From: Actinomycetota bacterium
GTDB taxonomy: Bacteria; Actinomycetota; Actinomycetes; Actinomycetales; Microbacteriaceae
Assembly (NCBI GenBank): GCA_009698805.1
Contig: WLPL01000002.1
Span: forward strand, 305 to 64,304
Direction: 5' to 3'
Length of the DNA: 64,000 bases
Every line of letters begins with the position of its first letter. The first letter of the stretch is position 1. A program made the position numbers and the translations under genes. Below the pieces are notes generated by a model, which searched no databases, was not told the origin of the DNA, and saw only the letters and a list, made by a program, of their open reading frames with translations. Below are positions 38,523-50,442 of this stretch, piece by piece.

Positions 38523-38869
38523 GCCTTGGTTCTCTTCTGCTTCGCCTTTTCAAATGCGCTCAGGACTTCTTCATGAAGTCTATTCCAGTCAATCTCCGCT
38601 GCGCCCGGTAAAGCGCGGACAACAGTTAGGTACTCGGCTGGATTGGTCAACAGTAATTCCCGCGCAATTGCTCGCAGTCGACGTTTGACTAGGTTTCGCC
38701 CTACCGCTCCAGCAACCGGCTTGCCCACGATAAAGCCAAAGCGGGCGTGAGGCTCTGCCTCATCCCGCTTTAGGTAGACGATTACGTGGTCGCTAATCTG
38801 CTTTTGCCCCTGCTTCATCGTCGACTTGAAGTCGGCGGCTGAAGTTAGGCGGTTCTCGCGTGCGAGCAC
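38519..38869 (-). CDS. rnpA: RNase P protein component
   Basis: RFGFIVGK, AVGRNLVKRRLR. Confidence 0.94.
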   Translation of the reverse strand: MLARENRLTSAADFKSTMKQGQKQISDHVIVYLKRDEAEPHARFGFIVGKPVAGAVGRNLVKRRLRAIARELLLTNPAEYLTVVRALPGAAEIDWNRLHEEVLSAFEKAKQKRTKA

Positions 38870-38881
38870 CGGGATAGCTGT

Positions 38882-39019
38882 TTAGGCCGAAAGCTCGACG
38901 CGGCCCTTGCGGCGACGCGCAGCCAGGATGGCGCGGCCGGCACGGGTCTTCATGCGAGCACGGAAACCGTGGGTCTTTGCACGACGACGGTTGTTCGGCT
39001 GAAAGGTACGCTTGCTCAT
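38882..39019 (-). CDS. rpmH: 50S ribosomal protein L34 (below the ORF-track cutoff)
   Basis: [45 protein letters not shown]. Confidence 0.98.
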   Translation of the reverse strand: MSKRTFQPNNRRRAKTHGFRARMKTRAGRAILAARRRKGRVELSA

Positions 39020-39283
39020 TGGTGATCACTCCAAAGCTTGATTTTTGGATCTTGGTTGGTAGCGGAAGATTCCGCCGAGTTATTCGCAATGCCGATCCAA
39101 GGCAAAGCAACCTCTTAAACCTATGGCATTCAGGGCCTCGGGGTCAAGTTTTTGAGGAAAATATTTTTAGGATCAAAAACCCTCTCACGGGCATTTGTAA
39201 CAGTTTGGTTTAGACACGCCGATACGATTTGCTTTTCGCTCTGGATATTCGGTTGAATACCTCAGTGGCGTTAACCTACGAGG

Positions 39284-39345
39284 TTTTCCACAACCCAAAT
39301 TTTAGTTATCCACAACTGTGCACAAGTCGATTAGTCTGTGGAGAA
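39284..39345. promoter_or_regulatory. DnaA boxes upstream of dnaA
   Basis: TTTTCCACA 39284, TTATCCACA 39306, TGTGCACAA 39317, TGTGGAGAA 39337. Confidence 0.8.
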
Positions 39346-39380
39346 CTTCTGGCATCTAGAGCGGCAAAGGGGATCACCGA

Positions 39381-40796
39381 ATGGCTGAAGACGGCGCAAC
39401 AGCTGACCTCTGGGTCGCAACGCGTGCCGCTCTCGCTGTTGATGATCGGATCAGCCCGGCCATGCAAGGCTTCCTGGATCTTGCCGAAGTACAAGGCGCT
39501 ATCGGCGACAGCATTTACCTCGAGGTGCCAAACGATTTGGCCAGATCGATGCTGGATCAGCGAATCCGACCAATAATCGAAGAGCTTTTGCGCTCGAATC
39601 CTGACAACCAAGAAATCTACAATTTCAGAGTCACCACCAACCCAGACATCGAGCCGGTTTTTGGTTCCACAGGAAACACTGTCGGCGCCGAATTTGACGA
39701 GGCGACGTCCATAGGTTCGGCAAGTTCCCCTGAGCCAGCTCGAACCCCCAATAGCTCCGGATTCGAAACCCGCCTGAACCCGAAATACACCTTCGACAAC
39801 TTCGTCATGGGGTCGACGAACATCTTGGCCAGATCGGCAGCCTTCGCCGTTGCCGACAAACCTGCCGGCGCATACAACCCACTTTTCATATACGGAAAAT
39901 CGGGACTTGGCAAAACCCACCTGCTTCACGCCATCGGTCACGAGGCAATGAGTCTCTACCCCCGATTCAAGGTTCGCTATGTTTCAAGCGAAGAGTTCAC
40001 TAACGACTTCATCAACGCGATTCGCAACAACAACTCGAACTCGTTCATCAACGAGTATCGCAACGTAGACATTCTCCTGATCGACGACATCCAGTTCCTG
40101 TCTGGTAAATCTGAGACCCAGGAAGCTTTCTTCCACACCTTCAACGCCTTGCACAACCACAACAAGCAGGTAGTTATTACCAGTGACGTGGAACCAAGCC
40201 AGCTGAGTGGCTTTGAAGATCGCATGCTCTCGCGCTTCGAATGGGGTTTGAAGACAGACATCCAGGCACCGGCTCTCGAAACTCGCATCGCGATTCTTCG
40301 CAAGAAGGCAGAAACCGAGAAGGTTAGGGTGACCGACGACATTCTCGAGTACATCGCGGAGCGAGTATCGAGTAACGTCCGTGAGCTCGAGGGAACCTTG
40401 ATTCGGGTAACAGCATTCGCAAACCTCTCGCGTCACCAGATCGACATGCCTCTGGTTCAGACGGTTCTAAAGAATGTGCCATCGGTTTCGGAAGACACCA
40501 GTGTCCAAGCGGCCGACATCATTCGCGCGGTGAGCGACTACTTCAAGATTTCTCCGGACGACCTTCACGGCAACTCTCGAGTGGCAGCTATTGCCATGGC
40601 CCGACAGATAGCGATGCACCTCTGCCGCGAGATGACCCCTCTGTCGCTACCCAAGATTGGTCAGATCTTTGGTGGACGCGACCACACCACCGTCATGTAT
40701 GCGACACGCAAGATTACGACGATGATGAATGATCGCCGATACATCTACAACCAGGTGACAGACATCATTGGCCGAATTCGAGCCGACCAACGTTAA
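39381..40796 (+). CDS. dnaA: Replication initiator DnaA
   Basis: LNPKYTFDNFV, GKSGLGKTHL, LLIDDIQF, NVRELEG, GGRDHTTV. Confidence 0.99.
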   Translation: MAEDGATADLWVATRAALAVDDRISPAMQGFLDLAEVQGAIGDSIYLEVPNDLARSMLDQRIRPIIEELLRSNPDNQEIYNFRVTTNPDIEPVFGSTGNTVGAEFDEATSIGSASSPEPARTPNSSGFETRLNPKYTFDNFVMGSTNILARSAAFAVADKPAGAYNPLFIYGKSGLGKTHLLHAIGHEAMSLYPRFKVRYVSSEEFTNDFINAIRNNNSNSFINEYRNVDILLIDDIQFLSGKSETQEAFFHTFNALHNHNKQVVITSDVEPSQLSGFEDRMLSRFEWGLKTDIQAPALETRIAILRKKAETEKVRVTDDILEYIAERVSSNVRELEGTLIRVTAFANLSRHQIDMPLVQTVLKNVPSVSEDTSVQAADIIRAVSDYFKISPDDLHGNSRVAAIAMARQIAMHLCREMTPLSLPKIGQIFGGRDHTTVMYATRKITTMMNDRRYIYNQVTDIIGRIRADQR

Positions 40797-41120
40797 TTCA
40801 CCCTGTTCACAAACCTGTGGATAACTGTGGATAACCCCTCTCTCTTTGTGAATAAGCGGTTAACGGCATGTGTAATCAAAATATCTGATACACAGGGTAA
40901 CGACTTATCCACAGGGTTACACACAGCTGTGTATACATCTTTCACCGTTGTAGTTTTCATAAAAAATAAGGTCGAGAGCTACTTATCAACATTTTGCACA
41001 ATGGTTAATGATGTTGTTAAAAGAAATGATTAAATAGTTCACTTATAACGAATTACTGAACCCAATGACCTTTATGGCAAGATTGGAACTCAGGCCAAGC
41101 CACTAAAGACAGGGGACCTT
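40797..41120. other. oriC (dnaA-dnaN intergenic region)
   Basis: TGTGGATAA 40816 and 40826, TGTGAATAA 40847, TTATCCACA 40905, plus degenerate boxes; AT-rich DUE-like tract at about 41000-41060. Confidence 0.92.
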
Positions 41121-42266
41121 TTGAAGTTCCAGGTAAACCGAGACGCACTTAGCGAAGCAGTATCTTTTGCTGTTCGCATGCTTCCTCAAAAGAAGACGCT
41201 CCCGATCCTCAATGCGATCTTGATCGAAGCCGATGCAAATGCAATCCGACTTAGCGTCTACGACCACGAAGTCTCTGCCCGAGTAGAGATCGTCGCCCAG
41301 GTTGAAAGCTCCGGTAGAGCACTTGTCTCTGGTCGTCTCCTCAGCGACATCACCAGCAAACTTCCAAATGCACCAATCGAGATGTCCCTGGACGCAAACA
41401 AGGTCCTTGTTAAGTGCGGCACAGTAAAGTTCACCCTCTTGACCATGCCGGTTGAGGAGTACCCAAATCTCCCAGAGCTACCACAGGCAGCTGGTGTGGT
41501 TTCGGCCGACGATTTCGAAAGCGCAGTGAACCAGGTTGTTGTTGCCGCTTCTCGCGAAGACTCAACTCCACAATTGAACGGAATCCTCATGGAGACCGAA
41601 GACTCGTCGATCACTCTCATGGCCACCGACCGCTACCGCATCGCCAAGCGTGAACTGACCTGGAAGGCCGATGCCTCCACCGGCTCGTCCTCGTCGTTGG
41701 TTATGGCCAAGACACTTCGCGAGGTGTCAAAGAGCTTCGCCAACCAGGGTGACATCACCATCGCGATCAATAAAACCGAGGGACGCGAGATGATCGGCTT
41801 CAAGGCCGGCAACCGTTCGGTTACCTCACTACTACTGAAGGGAACCTTCCCCGCTGTGCGAGCGCTGTTCCCGGACGAGATCCCTAACTTCGCAATCGTT
41901 GCAACCCAAGAGCTCATCGATTCTGCCCGCAGAGTTTCGCTGGTTCTAGAGCGCGACGATTTCATTCGTTTCGTCTTCGAGGACGGCTCGCTAACCCTCG
42001 AGGCAACCGGAAACGAAACAGCACAAGCTTCAGAAAGCCTCAACGCCGAACTTTCTGGTGACCAAATCGCTCTAGAACTAAAGCCACAGCTACTGATTGA
42101 CGGTTTGACCGGAATTCACAGCGAGTTTGTCAAGGTGTCTTTTGTTCGCAGCGAAAACCCAAACAAGCCAGGCCCGGTCTTGTTGTCTAGCCACGGTTCG
42201 AAAGAAAAGACCGAAGAAGACAACTTCCGTTACCTGCTTCAGCCGCGCAGCCCACTGGCTCGCTAG
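41121..42266 (+). CDS. dnaN: DNA polymerase III beta clamp
   Basis: MKFQVNRDAL, ATDRYR; position after oriC. Confidence 0.97.
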   Translation: MKFQVNRDALSEAVSFAVRMLPQKKTLPILNAILIEADANAIRLSVYDHEVSARVEIVAQVESSGRALVSGRLLSDITSKLPNAPIEMSLDANKVLVKCGTVKFTLLTMPVEEYPNLPELPQAAGVVSADDFESAVNQVVVAASREDSTPQLNGILMETEDSSITLMATDRYRIAKRELTWKADASTGSSSSLVMAKTLREVSKSFANQGDITIAINKTEGREMIGFKAGNRSVTSLLLKGTFPAVRALFPDEIPNFAIVATQELIDSARRVSLVLERDDFIRFVFEDGSLTLEATGNETAQASESLNAELSGDQIALELKPQLLIDGLTGIHSEFVKVSFVRSENPNKPGPVLLSSHGSKEKTEEDNFRYLLQPRSPLAR

Positions 42267-42290
42267 GCAAAACCCCGAAAGGCAATACAG

Positions 42291-43175
42291 ATGCACATTG
42301 GACTAGTTGGTCTAGGCAAAATGGGTGGCAACATGCGCACCCGCATGCGCAACAACGGCGTAGAAGTAACCGGATACGCGCGTAGCCGCGAGGTCAGCGA
42401 CGTGGACACTATCGCAGAGATGGTCGCAGCGTTACCGAGCCCGAAGATCGTTTGGGTCATGGTTCCACATGGATCAGCTACCGATTCTGTGATCAACGAG
42501 GTTGCCGCGCTTATGAGCGAAGGCGACCTGATCATCGACGGCGGAAACTCGCGTTTCTCTGACGACATTCGTCACGCCGAAGAGCTAAAGGCCAAGGGCA
42601 TCGGCTACCTAGACTGCGGTGTTTCCGGCGGCGTCTGGGGTCTTGAGAACGGTTACGGCCTTATGGTCGGCGGCCCCGAAGCCCTCGTCAAGCAGGTAAT
42701 GCCAGTTTTCGACGCTCTTCGCCCTGAGGGCGAAGTCACCGAGGGCTTCGTTCACGTGGGCGACCACGGTGCCGGCCACTACGCCAAGATGGTGCACAAC
42801 GGCATCGAGTACGCCATGATGCAGGCTTTCGCCGAAGGCTACGAGCTTCTTGAGAAGAAAGAAATCATCAAGGACGTACCTGGAACTTTCAAGGCCTGGC
42901 AGCGCGGAACAGTAGTTCGCTCGTGGTTGCTAGATCTCATGGTTCGCGCCCTCGAAGAAGACAACCACCTAGACAAGATCCGCGGCTACGTGGATGACTC
43001 GGGTGAGGGTCGCTGGACCGTCGAAGAGGCAATCGCCAACGCTGTGCCAATGCCGGCAATCACCGCTTCACTTTTCGCTCGCTTTGCCAGCCGCCAAGAT
43101 GACTCACCGGCCATGAAGGCAGTTGCTGCTCTTCGCGCCCAATTCGGTGGTCACGCGGTCAAGAAAGCCGAATAG
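42291..43175 (+). CDS. gnd: 6-phosphogluconate dehydrogenase (short, decarboxylating)
   Basis: GLGKMG, IDGGNS, VSGGVWG, KMVHNGIEY, FGGHAVK. Confidence 0.95.
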   Translation: MHIGLVGLGKMGGNMRTRMRNNGVEVTGYARSREVSDVDTIAEMVAALPSPKIVWVMVPHGSATDSVINEVAALMSEGDLIIDGGNSRFSDDIRHAEELKAKGIGYLDCGVSGGVWGLENGYGLMVGGPEALVKQVMPVFDALRPEGEVTEGFVHVGDHGAGHYAKMVHNGIEYAMMQAFAEGYELLEKKEIIKDVPGTFKAWQRGTVVRSWLLDLMVRALEEDNHLDKIRGYVDDSGEGRWTVEEAIANAVPMPAITASLFARFASRQDDSPAMKAVAALRAQFGGHAVKKAE

Positions 43176-43206
43176 CTAAAGCCGAAATTTAAGACGAGAG
43201 GGTGAG

Positions 43207-44367
43207 ATGTTAGTTAAACACCTCACCCTTTCGCATTTTCGGAACCACACGGCGACCGATCAGCCGCTGCAACCCGGCGTAAACCTGTTTCTCGGGCCGA
43301 ACGGTCAGGGCAAAACGAACTTCGTCGAAGCAATCGCCTACCTGAGCACCCTAAGTTCGCACCGAGTCAGCGGTTATCAGCCCCTGATCCAACACGATCA
43401 ACCCCAGTCGATCATTCGAGCCCTGGTCGGGCACGAGGATCGCGATGTTTTGGTTGAACTCGAGCTGAATCGAGACACCCCGAACCGGGCCAGAATCAAC
43501 AAGTCGCCGGCCTCGAGAGTTCGCGACGTTCTAGGCGTTTTGCACGCGGTGGTATTCGCCCCCGAAGATCTCGACATAGTCAAGAAGGACCCGAGCAATC
43601 GCCGAGTGTTCATCGACACCCTTGTCGTGCAAGTTTGGCCCAGGTTCGCCGGCGTTTACAGCGACTACGACCGAGTTCTGAAGCAGCGAAACACCCTGCT
43701 TCGCACCGCTCGCCAGACCGGGACCCGCGGAAGCGCCCTGAGCACTCTGGATGCCTGGGACGAGCAGATGGTTCGCCTCGGAGCCGAGATCGTCACGGCA
43801 AGACTCGATTTGATCGAACGCCTGCGGCCGTTCCTAACCAAGGCATACCAGGACATCGCCATTGCAAACAACGAGCCGACCATCATGGTTCGATCGAGCC
43901 TGGTTGGTGCTCAGGTTTTGGACGAGGAAGACGAGCTGCCCTACCTCTCGTTCACCGAACGATCCGCCGTCGAAACCATGTATCGCGAGAAACTCGCCTC
44001 GGTTAAACCTAAGGAACTAGAACGCGGCATCACCCTGATCGGGCCGCATCGAGACGACCTAGTCCTCCTTCTCGGCGGCAAGCCGGCCAAACTCTTCGCG
44101 AGTCATGGCGAATCGTGGTCTTACGCGCTAGCGCTCCGTCTGGCGTCCATGCAGTTGCTTCGCGAGGAGACCCGCACCGGTGACCCGATTCTGATTCTCG
44201 ACGACGTTTTCGCCGAACTCGATGCCGGAAGACGCAATCGTCTGGCGGAGTTGGTGGCCGATAATGAACAGGTGCTGATCACGGCCGCCGTCGCAGAGGA
44301 CGTCCCAGAGTCGTTGAAGGCAAAGCAGTTCTTTGTAGAAGACGGGGTGATTGTTCGTGGCGAGTGA
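43207..44367 (+). CDS. recF: DNA repair protein RecF
   Basis: GPNGQGKTN, GPHRDDL, ASHGE, LILDDVFAELD. Confidence 0.97.
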   Translation: MLVKHLTLSHFRNHTATDQPLQPGVNLFLGPNGQGKTNFVEAIAYLSTLSSHRVSGYQPLIQHDQPQSIIRALVGHEDRDVLVELELNRDTPNRARINKSPASRVRDVLGVLHAVVFAPEDLDIVKKDPSNRRVFIDTLVVQVWPRFAGVYSDYDRVLKQRNTLLRTARQTGTRGSALSTLDAWDEQMVRLGAEIVTARLDLIERLRPFLTKAYQDIAIANNEPTIMVRSSLVGAQVLDEEDELPYLSFTERSAVETMYREKLASVKPKELERGITLIGPHRDDLVLLLGGKPAKLFASHGESWSYALALRLASMQLLREETRTGDPILILDDVFAELDAGRRNRLAELVADNEQVLITAAVAEDVPESLKAKQFFVEDGVIVRGE

Positions 44368-44839
44368 CTTTGCTCAAGAGTTTTACTGGCGCATGCGCGA
44401 AGCCGTCACCGGGCGGTTGAGCCGCGACGCCAAGCGCATCAAGGAGCGCAAGGAGCGCGGGGGTTCGAAACCTTTCGAGGCCGGACGCGACCCAATTACC
44501 GCCATAGCCTCAGTGGACGCGTTGTTCAGCGAGTTCAGTTGGGGCGGCGAGCTGGCCGAAGCGGATCTTTTCAACCGCTGGACCGAGCTTGTTGGCGAAC
44601 AGACCGCCCAAAACTCGACTCCCGAGATCCTGACCGAGGGAACCCTGACTATTCGATGCAAGTCAACGGCCTGGGCGACCCAGTTGCGACTAATGCAAAA
44701 CGAGCTTTTGGAGCGATTGCAGGGCGCTTACCCGAAGCTCGAAATCAATGCTTTGAAGATGCTTGGCCCAGCCGCTCCGAGCTGGAAAAAGGGCCCGCGA
44801 TCAGTGCCCGGAAGAGGCCCGCGCGACACCTACGGATAA
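44357..44839 (+). CDS. DciA/DUF721 family protein
   Basis: STAWATQLR, GPAAPSWKKG, GRGPRDTYG; recF-gyrB position. Confidence 0.9.
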   Translation: MASDFAQEFYWRMREAVTGRLSRDAKRIKERKERGGSKPFEAGRDPITAIASVDALFSEFSWGGELAEADLFNRWTELVGEQTAQNSTPEILTEGTLTIRCKSTAWATQLRLMQNELLERLQGAYPKLEINALKMLGPAAPSWKKGPRSVPGRGPRDTYG

Positions 44840-44937
44840 CCCGAAAATGTCGGGGTAAAAAGGTAGAATTAAGCCGTTAGTTACCCCGAATATCAGTCGC
44901 TCACCGGAGTGCTTTTCTAAGGGCCTAACCCGGTTAA

Positions 44938-46884
<1,947 letters not shown>

Positions 46885-46902
46885 CCAAAAGAGAAGAAGA
46901 CC

Positions 46903-49449
46903 ATGGCTGAAGAAACCACACCAACGCAGTTTGACCACGTAGAGCAGGTCGACCTCCAGGTCGAAATGCAGCGCTCATACCTCGACTACGCGATGAGCGT
47001 TATCGTCGGTCGAGCACTTCCAGACGTTCGGGACGGCCTCAAGCCGGTTCACCGACGCGTCCTGTACGCAATGTACGACGGCGGCTACCGCCCAGACAAG
47101 CAGTTCAGCAAGTGTTCGCGTGTTGTCGGCGACGTCATGGGTCAGTTTCACCCGCACGGCGACGGCGCCATTTACGACACCCTGGTTCGCCTGGTTCAGG
47201 ACTGGGTTCTTCGCTACCCGCTAGTTTCGGGCCAGGGTAACTTCGGTTCGCCGGGTAACGACCCAGCCGCCGCCCCTCGATACACCGAGTGCCGCATGGC
47301 AAACCTTGCCCTCGAGATGGTTCGCGACATCGACGAAGACACCGTCAACTTCCAGGACAACTACGACGGACGCACCCAAGAACCGACGATTCTGCCAAGC
47401 CGAATCCCGAACCTGCTAATCAACGGTTCGATCGGTATCGCGGTTGGTATGGCCACGAACATTCCGCCTCACAACCTGCGCGAGGTCGCCTCTGGCGCCC
47501 AGTGGTTCCTCGAGAACCCGAACGCAACCCAAGAAGAGCTCCTAGCCGCTCTCATGCAGCGCATCAAGGGCCCAGACTTCCCGACCGGTGCACAGATTCT
47601 CGGCACCCGCGGAATCATCGATGCCTACACAACCGGTCGCGGCTCGATCACCATGCGTGCGATCGTCAACGTAGAAGAACTTCAAGGACGCACCTGTCTA
47701 GTGGTCACCGAACTTCCTTATCAGGTGAACCCAGACAACCTAGCCCAGCGCATCGCCGAGCTCGTCAAGGAGGGCAAGCTCACCGGCATCGCCGATATCC
47801 GCGACGAAACCTCTGGCCGCACCGGCCAACGCTTGGTCATTGTTCTAAAGCGTGACGCCGTAGCCAAGGTTGTTCTAAACAACCTTTACAAGATGACCCC
47901 GCTCCAAGAAAACTTCGGAGCCAACATGCTGGCCCTGGTCGACGGAGTCCCTCGCACACTCAGCCTCGACGGCTTTATTCGCTACTGGGTTGAACACCAG
48001 ATTGAAGTCATCGTTCGCCGCACCCAGTTCAGACTTCGCAAGGCCGAAGAACGCGCCCACATTCTGCGCGGCTACCTAAAGGCCCTCGACGCACTAGATG
48101 CTGTTATCGCCCTGATTCGCAAGAGCCCAACCGTTGACGACGCCCGCGAAGGCCTGATGAAGCTCCTCAAGATCGACGATCTTCAGGCTCGCGCAATCTT
48201 GAACATGCAGCTTCGCCAACTTGCCGCTCTCGAGCGTCAGAAGATCATCGACGAAGCCGCCGAACTCGAAGCGCTAATCGTCGAATACAAGGCGATCATC
48301 GCCGACCCTGTTCGTCAGCGCTCGATCATCAGCGAAGAACTCGCCGAGGTTGTCACCCGCCACGGCGACGACCGCAGGTCTGAGATCATCTTCACCGGCG
48401 ACGGAACCATGAACATGGAAGACCTGATCCCCGAAGAAGAGATGGTCATCTCGCTCACCCGCGGCGGCTACATCAAGCGCACCAAGAGCGACAACTACCG
48501 CTCTCAGCACCGCGGTGGCAAGGGCGTCAAGGGTGCGAACCTTCGCGCCGACGACGTCGTTGAGCATTTCTTTGTTACAACAACTCACCACTGGCTCCTG
48601 TTCTTCACCAACAAGGGGCGCGTCTATCGCGCCAAGGCCTACGAGGTTCAAGAGGCCGGCCGCGATGCCAAGGGTCAGCACGTAGCTAACCTGCTTTCGC
48701 TGCAGCCAGACGAGTCTGTCGCCCAGGTTCTAGACATGAAGGACTACAAGGCTTCGCCTTACCTGATCCTGGCCACCCGCGAAGGCCTGGTGAAGAAGAC
48801 CTCGCTCGAGGCCTACGACACCGCCCGCACCGGTGGCATCATCGCAATCAAGCTTCGCGAAGGCGACGAACTGGTCAGCGCGATGCTGGTTTCAGAAAGT
48901 GATGACCTTCTACTGGTCAGCCACAAGGGAATGAGCATCCGCTTCTCGGCCAACGACGAGAGCATGCGCCCAATGGGCCGTGACACCTCGGGTGTTATCG
49001 GCATGCACTTCAGAACAGGCGACTACCTACTTAGCGCTGACGTAATCAACGATTCCGACGACACCTTCGTCTTCGTCGTCACCGAGGGCGGCTTTGCGAA
49101 GCGCACAGCCGTTGGAGAATACCGCCCGCAGAACCGCGGTGGCTTGGGTATCAAGGTTGCCAAGCTCGAAGAGAAGCGCGGCGACCTAGTCGGTGCCCTG
49201 ATCGTGACCGATGAAGACGAAGTCCTAGTCGTTCTAAACAGCGGTAAAGTTGTCAGGTCTCAGGTAAGCGAGGTCCCGGCAAGGGGCCGCGACACCATGG
49301 GCGTAGTCTTTGCAAGATTCCAAGATGAAGACTCGGTTCTAGGCCTAGCCAAGAACTCCGAGCGCAACCTAGAATCGTCCGCAGAAGACACAATCGAAGA
49401 CTCAACCGAAGTCACCGAAGTTGCAGAAGAAGGAGAGGCCAACGAATGA
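46903..49449 (+). CDS. gyrA: DNA gyrase subunit A
   Basis: [21 protein letters not shown], GyrA-box QHRGGKG. Confidence 0.99.
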   Translation: MAEETTPTQFDHVEQVDLQVEMQRSYLDYAMSVIVGRALPDVRDGLKPVHRRVLYAMYDGGYRPDKQFSKCSRVVGDVMGQFHPHGDGAIYDTLVRLVQDWVLRYPLVSGQGNFGSPGNDPAAAPRYTECRMANLALEMVRDIDEDTVNFQDNYDGRTQEPTILPSRIPNLLINGSIGIAVGMATNIPPHNLREVASGAQWFLENPNATQEELLAALMQRIKGPDFPTGAQILGTRGIIDAYTTGRGSITMRAIVNVEELQGRTCLVVTELPYQVNPDNLAQRIAELVKEGKLTGIADIRDETSGRTGQRLVIVLKRDAVAKVVLNNLYKMTPLQENFGANMLALVDGVPRTLSLDGFIRYWVEHQIEVIVRRTQFRLRKAEERAHILRGYLKALDALDAVIALIRKSPTVDDAREGLMKLLKIDDLQARAILNMQLRQLAALERQKIIDEAAELEALIVEYKAIIADPVRQRSIISEELAEVVTRHGDDRRSEIIFTGDGTMNMEDLIPEEEMVISLTRGGYIKRTKSDNYRSQHRGGKGVKGANLRADDVVEHFFVTTTHHWLLFFTNKGRVYRAKAYEVQEAGRDAKGQHVANLLSLQPDESVAQVLDMKDYKASPYLILATREGLVKKTSLEAYDTARTGGIIAIKLREGDELVSAMLVSESDDLLLVSHKGMSIRFSANDESMRPMGRDTSGVIGMHFRTGDYLLSADVINDSDDTFVFVVTEGGFAKRTAVGEYRPQNRGGLGIKVAKLEEKRGDLVGALIVTDEDEVLVVLNSGKVVRSQVSEVPARGRDTMGVVFARFQDEDSVLGLAKNSERNLESSAEDTIEDSTEVTEVAEEGEANE

Positions 49450-49817
49450 GCCGATTCAGCCGCAAAGGTTCGATCACCCCGACCAAGCAGGTCAAGCTAA
49501 AGCTTGTCCAGATCGAGTTTTGGTCTGCGATTCGCATGGGTTTCATGGTCAACCTCGCTCTCGGAGTCGCCGTCATCGTCGGTTTCGTAGCCTTCTGGTT
49601 TATCCTTTCGAGCAGCAGCGTAAACAATCTGCTCAGCCAGGTTGGAGTTGGCGAGGGCGGTTCGTTGATCAGTCTTCCTCAGATGGTTTCCTACGGTTTC
49701 ATCGTGGCGATCATCAACATCGTCGCCGGAACACTCCTTAGCGGTGTTTTAGCTCTGGTTTACAACCTGATTGCCCGCTTCACTGGAGGACTGGCAGTCG
49801 GATTCACCAACAACTAA
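49446..49817 (+). CDS. DUF3566 membrane protein
   Basis: 2 TM; [12 protein letters not shown]; conserved position after gyrA. Confidence 0.88.
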   Translation: MSRFSRKGSITPTKQVKLKLVQIEFWSAIRMGFMVNLALGVAVIVGFVAFWFILSSSSVNNLLSQVGVGEGGSLISLPQMVSYGFIVAIINIVAGTLLSGVLALVYNLIARFTGGLAVGFTNN

Positions 49818-49878
49818 AAGGTTTTTCTTTTCGGTTTGAACCGAAGCGGATATTCCCGTAAAGTTGAAAAGGCTCTAG

Positions 49879-49952
49879 GGGCCTATAGCTCAGGTGGTTA
49901 GAGCGCTTCACTGATAATGAAGAGGTCGGAGGTTCAAGTCCTCCTAGGCCCA
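49879..49952 (+). tRNA. tRNA-Ile(GAT), CCA not encoded
   Basis: GGGCCTATAGCTCAGGTGGTTAGAGC...CTGATAA...GGTTCAAGTCC...TAGGCCCA. Confidence 0.97.
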
Positions 49953-49979
49953 CGAAAGATTGCGAAAGCAATTGATCAA

Positions 49980-50052
49980 GGGGACTTAGCTCAGTTGGTA
50001 GAGCACCTGCTTTGCAAGCAGGGGGTCAGGGGTTCGACCCCCCTAGTCTCCA
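49980..50052 (+). tRNA. tRNA-Ala(TGC), CCA not encoded
   Basis: GGGGACTTAGCTCAGTTGGTAGAGC...TTTGCAA...GGTTCGACCCC...AGTCTCCA; G3:U70 pair. Confidence 0.97.
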
Positions 50053-50053
50053 C

Positions 50054-50096
50054 AAAAGGGAAAGACCAGTCAGAAATGGCTGGTCTTTTTCTTTTC
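50054..50096 (+). terminator. Intrinsic terminator after the tRNAs
   Basis: AAAGACCAGTCA-GAAA-TGGCTGGTCTTT followed by TTCTTTT. Confidence 0.85.
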
Positions 50097-50116
50097 GCTG
50101 GGCATAGTGTTTAGGG

Positions 50117-50422
50117 GTGATGGAACGAGACAGCGACAATTGGACGCCCCGAAAGGGCTGGGCCCAGAACTACAGAAAGTTTCGTTGGCTCAACCTCGTG
50201 GTGCCGATCCTGACCCCGATGGGTTTGGTCTGTATCTTCTTGTTTGGTTACATCACTTTCGCTGTGATTTCTTTGGTCGTCGCAGCTTTCTCGTGGTTTG
50301 ACCTGGCAAAGAGCGCAAAGGTTCCTTGGAAGAGGTCGGCCTGGCGCGGTTTCGCCCTCGCCCTCGTATTGGTTGCCGTTTACATGATGGTTCTGTACTT
50401 CAACCCGCAGTTCGGGATGTAG
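50117..50422 (+). CDS. Hypothetical 3-TM membrane protein
   Basis: 101-aa hydrophobic ORF filling the gap. Confidence 0.65.
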   Translation: MMERDSDNWTPRKGWAQNYRKFRWLNLVVPILTPMGLVCIFLFGYITFAVISLVVAAFSWFDLAKSAKVPWKRSAWRGFALALVLVAVYMMVLYFNPQFGM

Positions 50423-50442
50423 TTGGGCGCTAGTCTGACTAG

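Noticed and set aside
42291-43175. gnd inserted between dnaN and recF
   Set aside because: This arrangement is known in several actinobacterial lineages.
49879-50052. tRNA-Ile/Ala pair as an rRNA spacer
   Set aside because: No flanking rRNA; this pair normally follows gyrA-DUF3566 in Actinobacteria.
49917-50114. 65-aa ORF over the tRNAs
   Set aside because: It is a shadow ORF of tRNA-Ile and tRNA-Ala.
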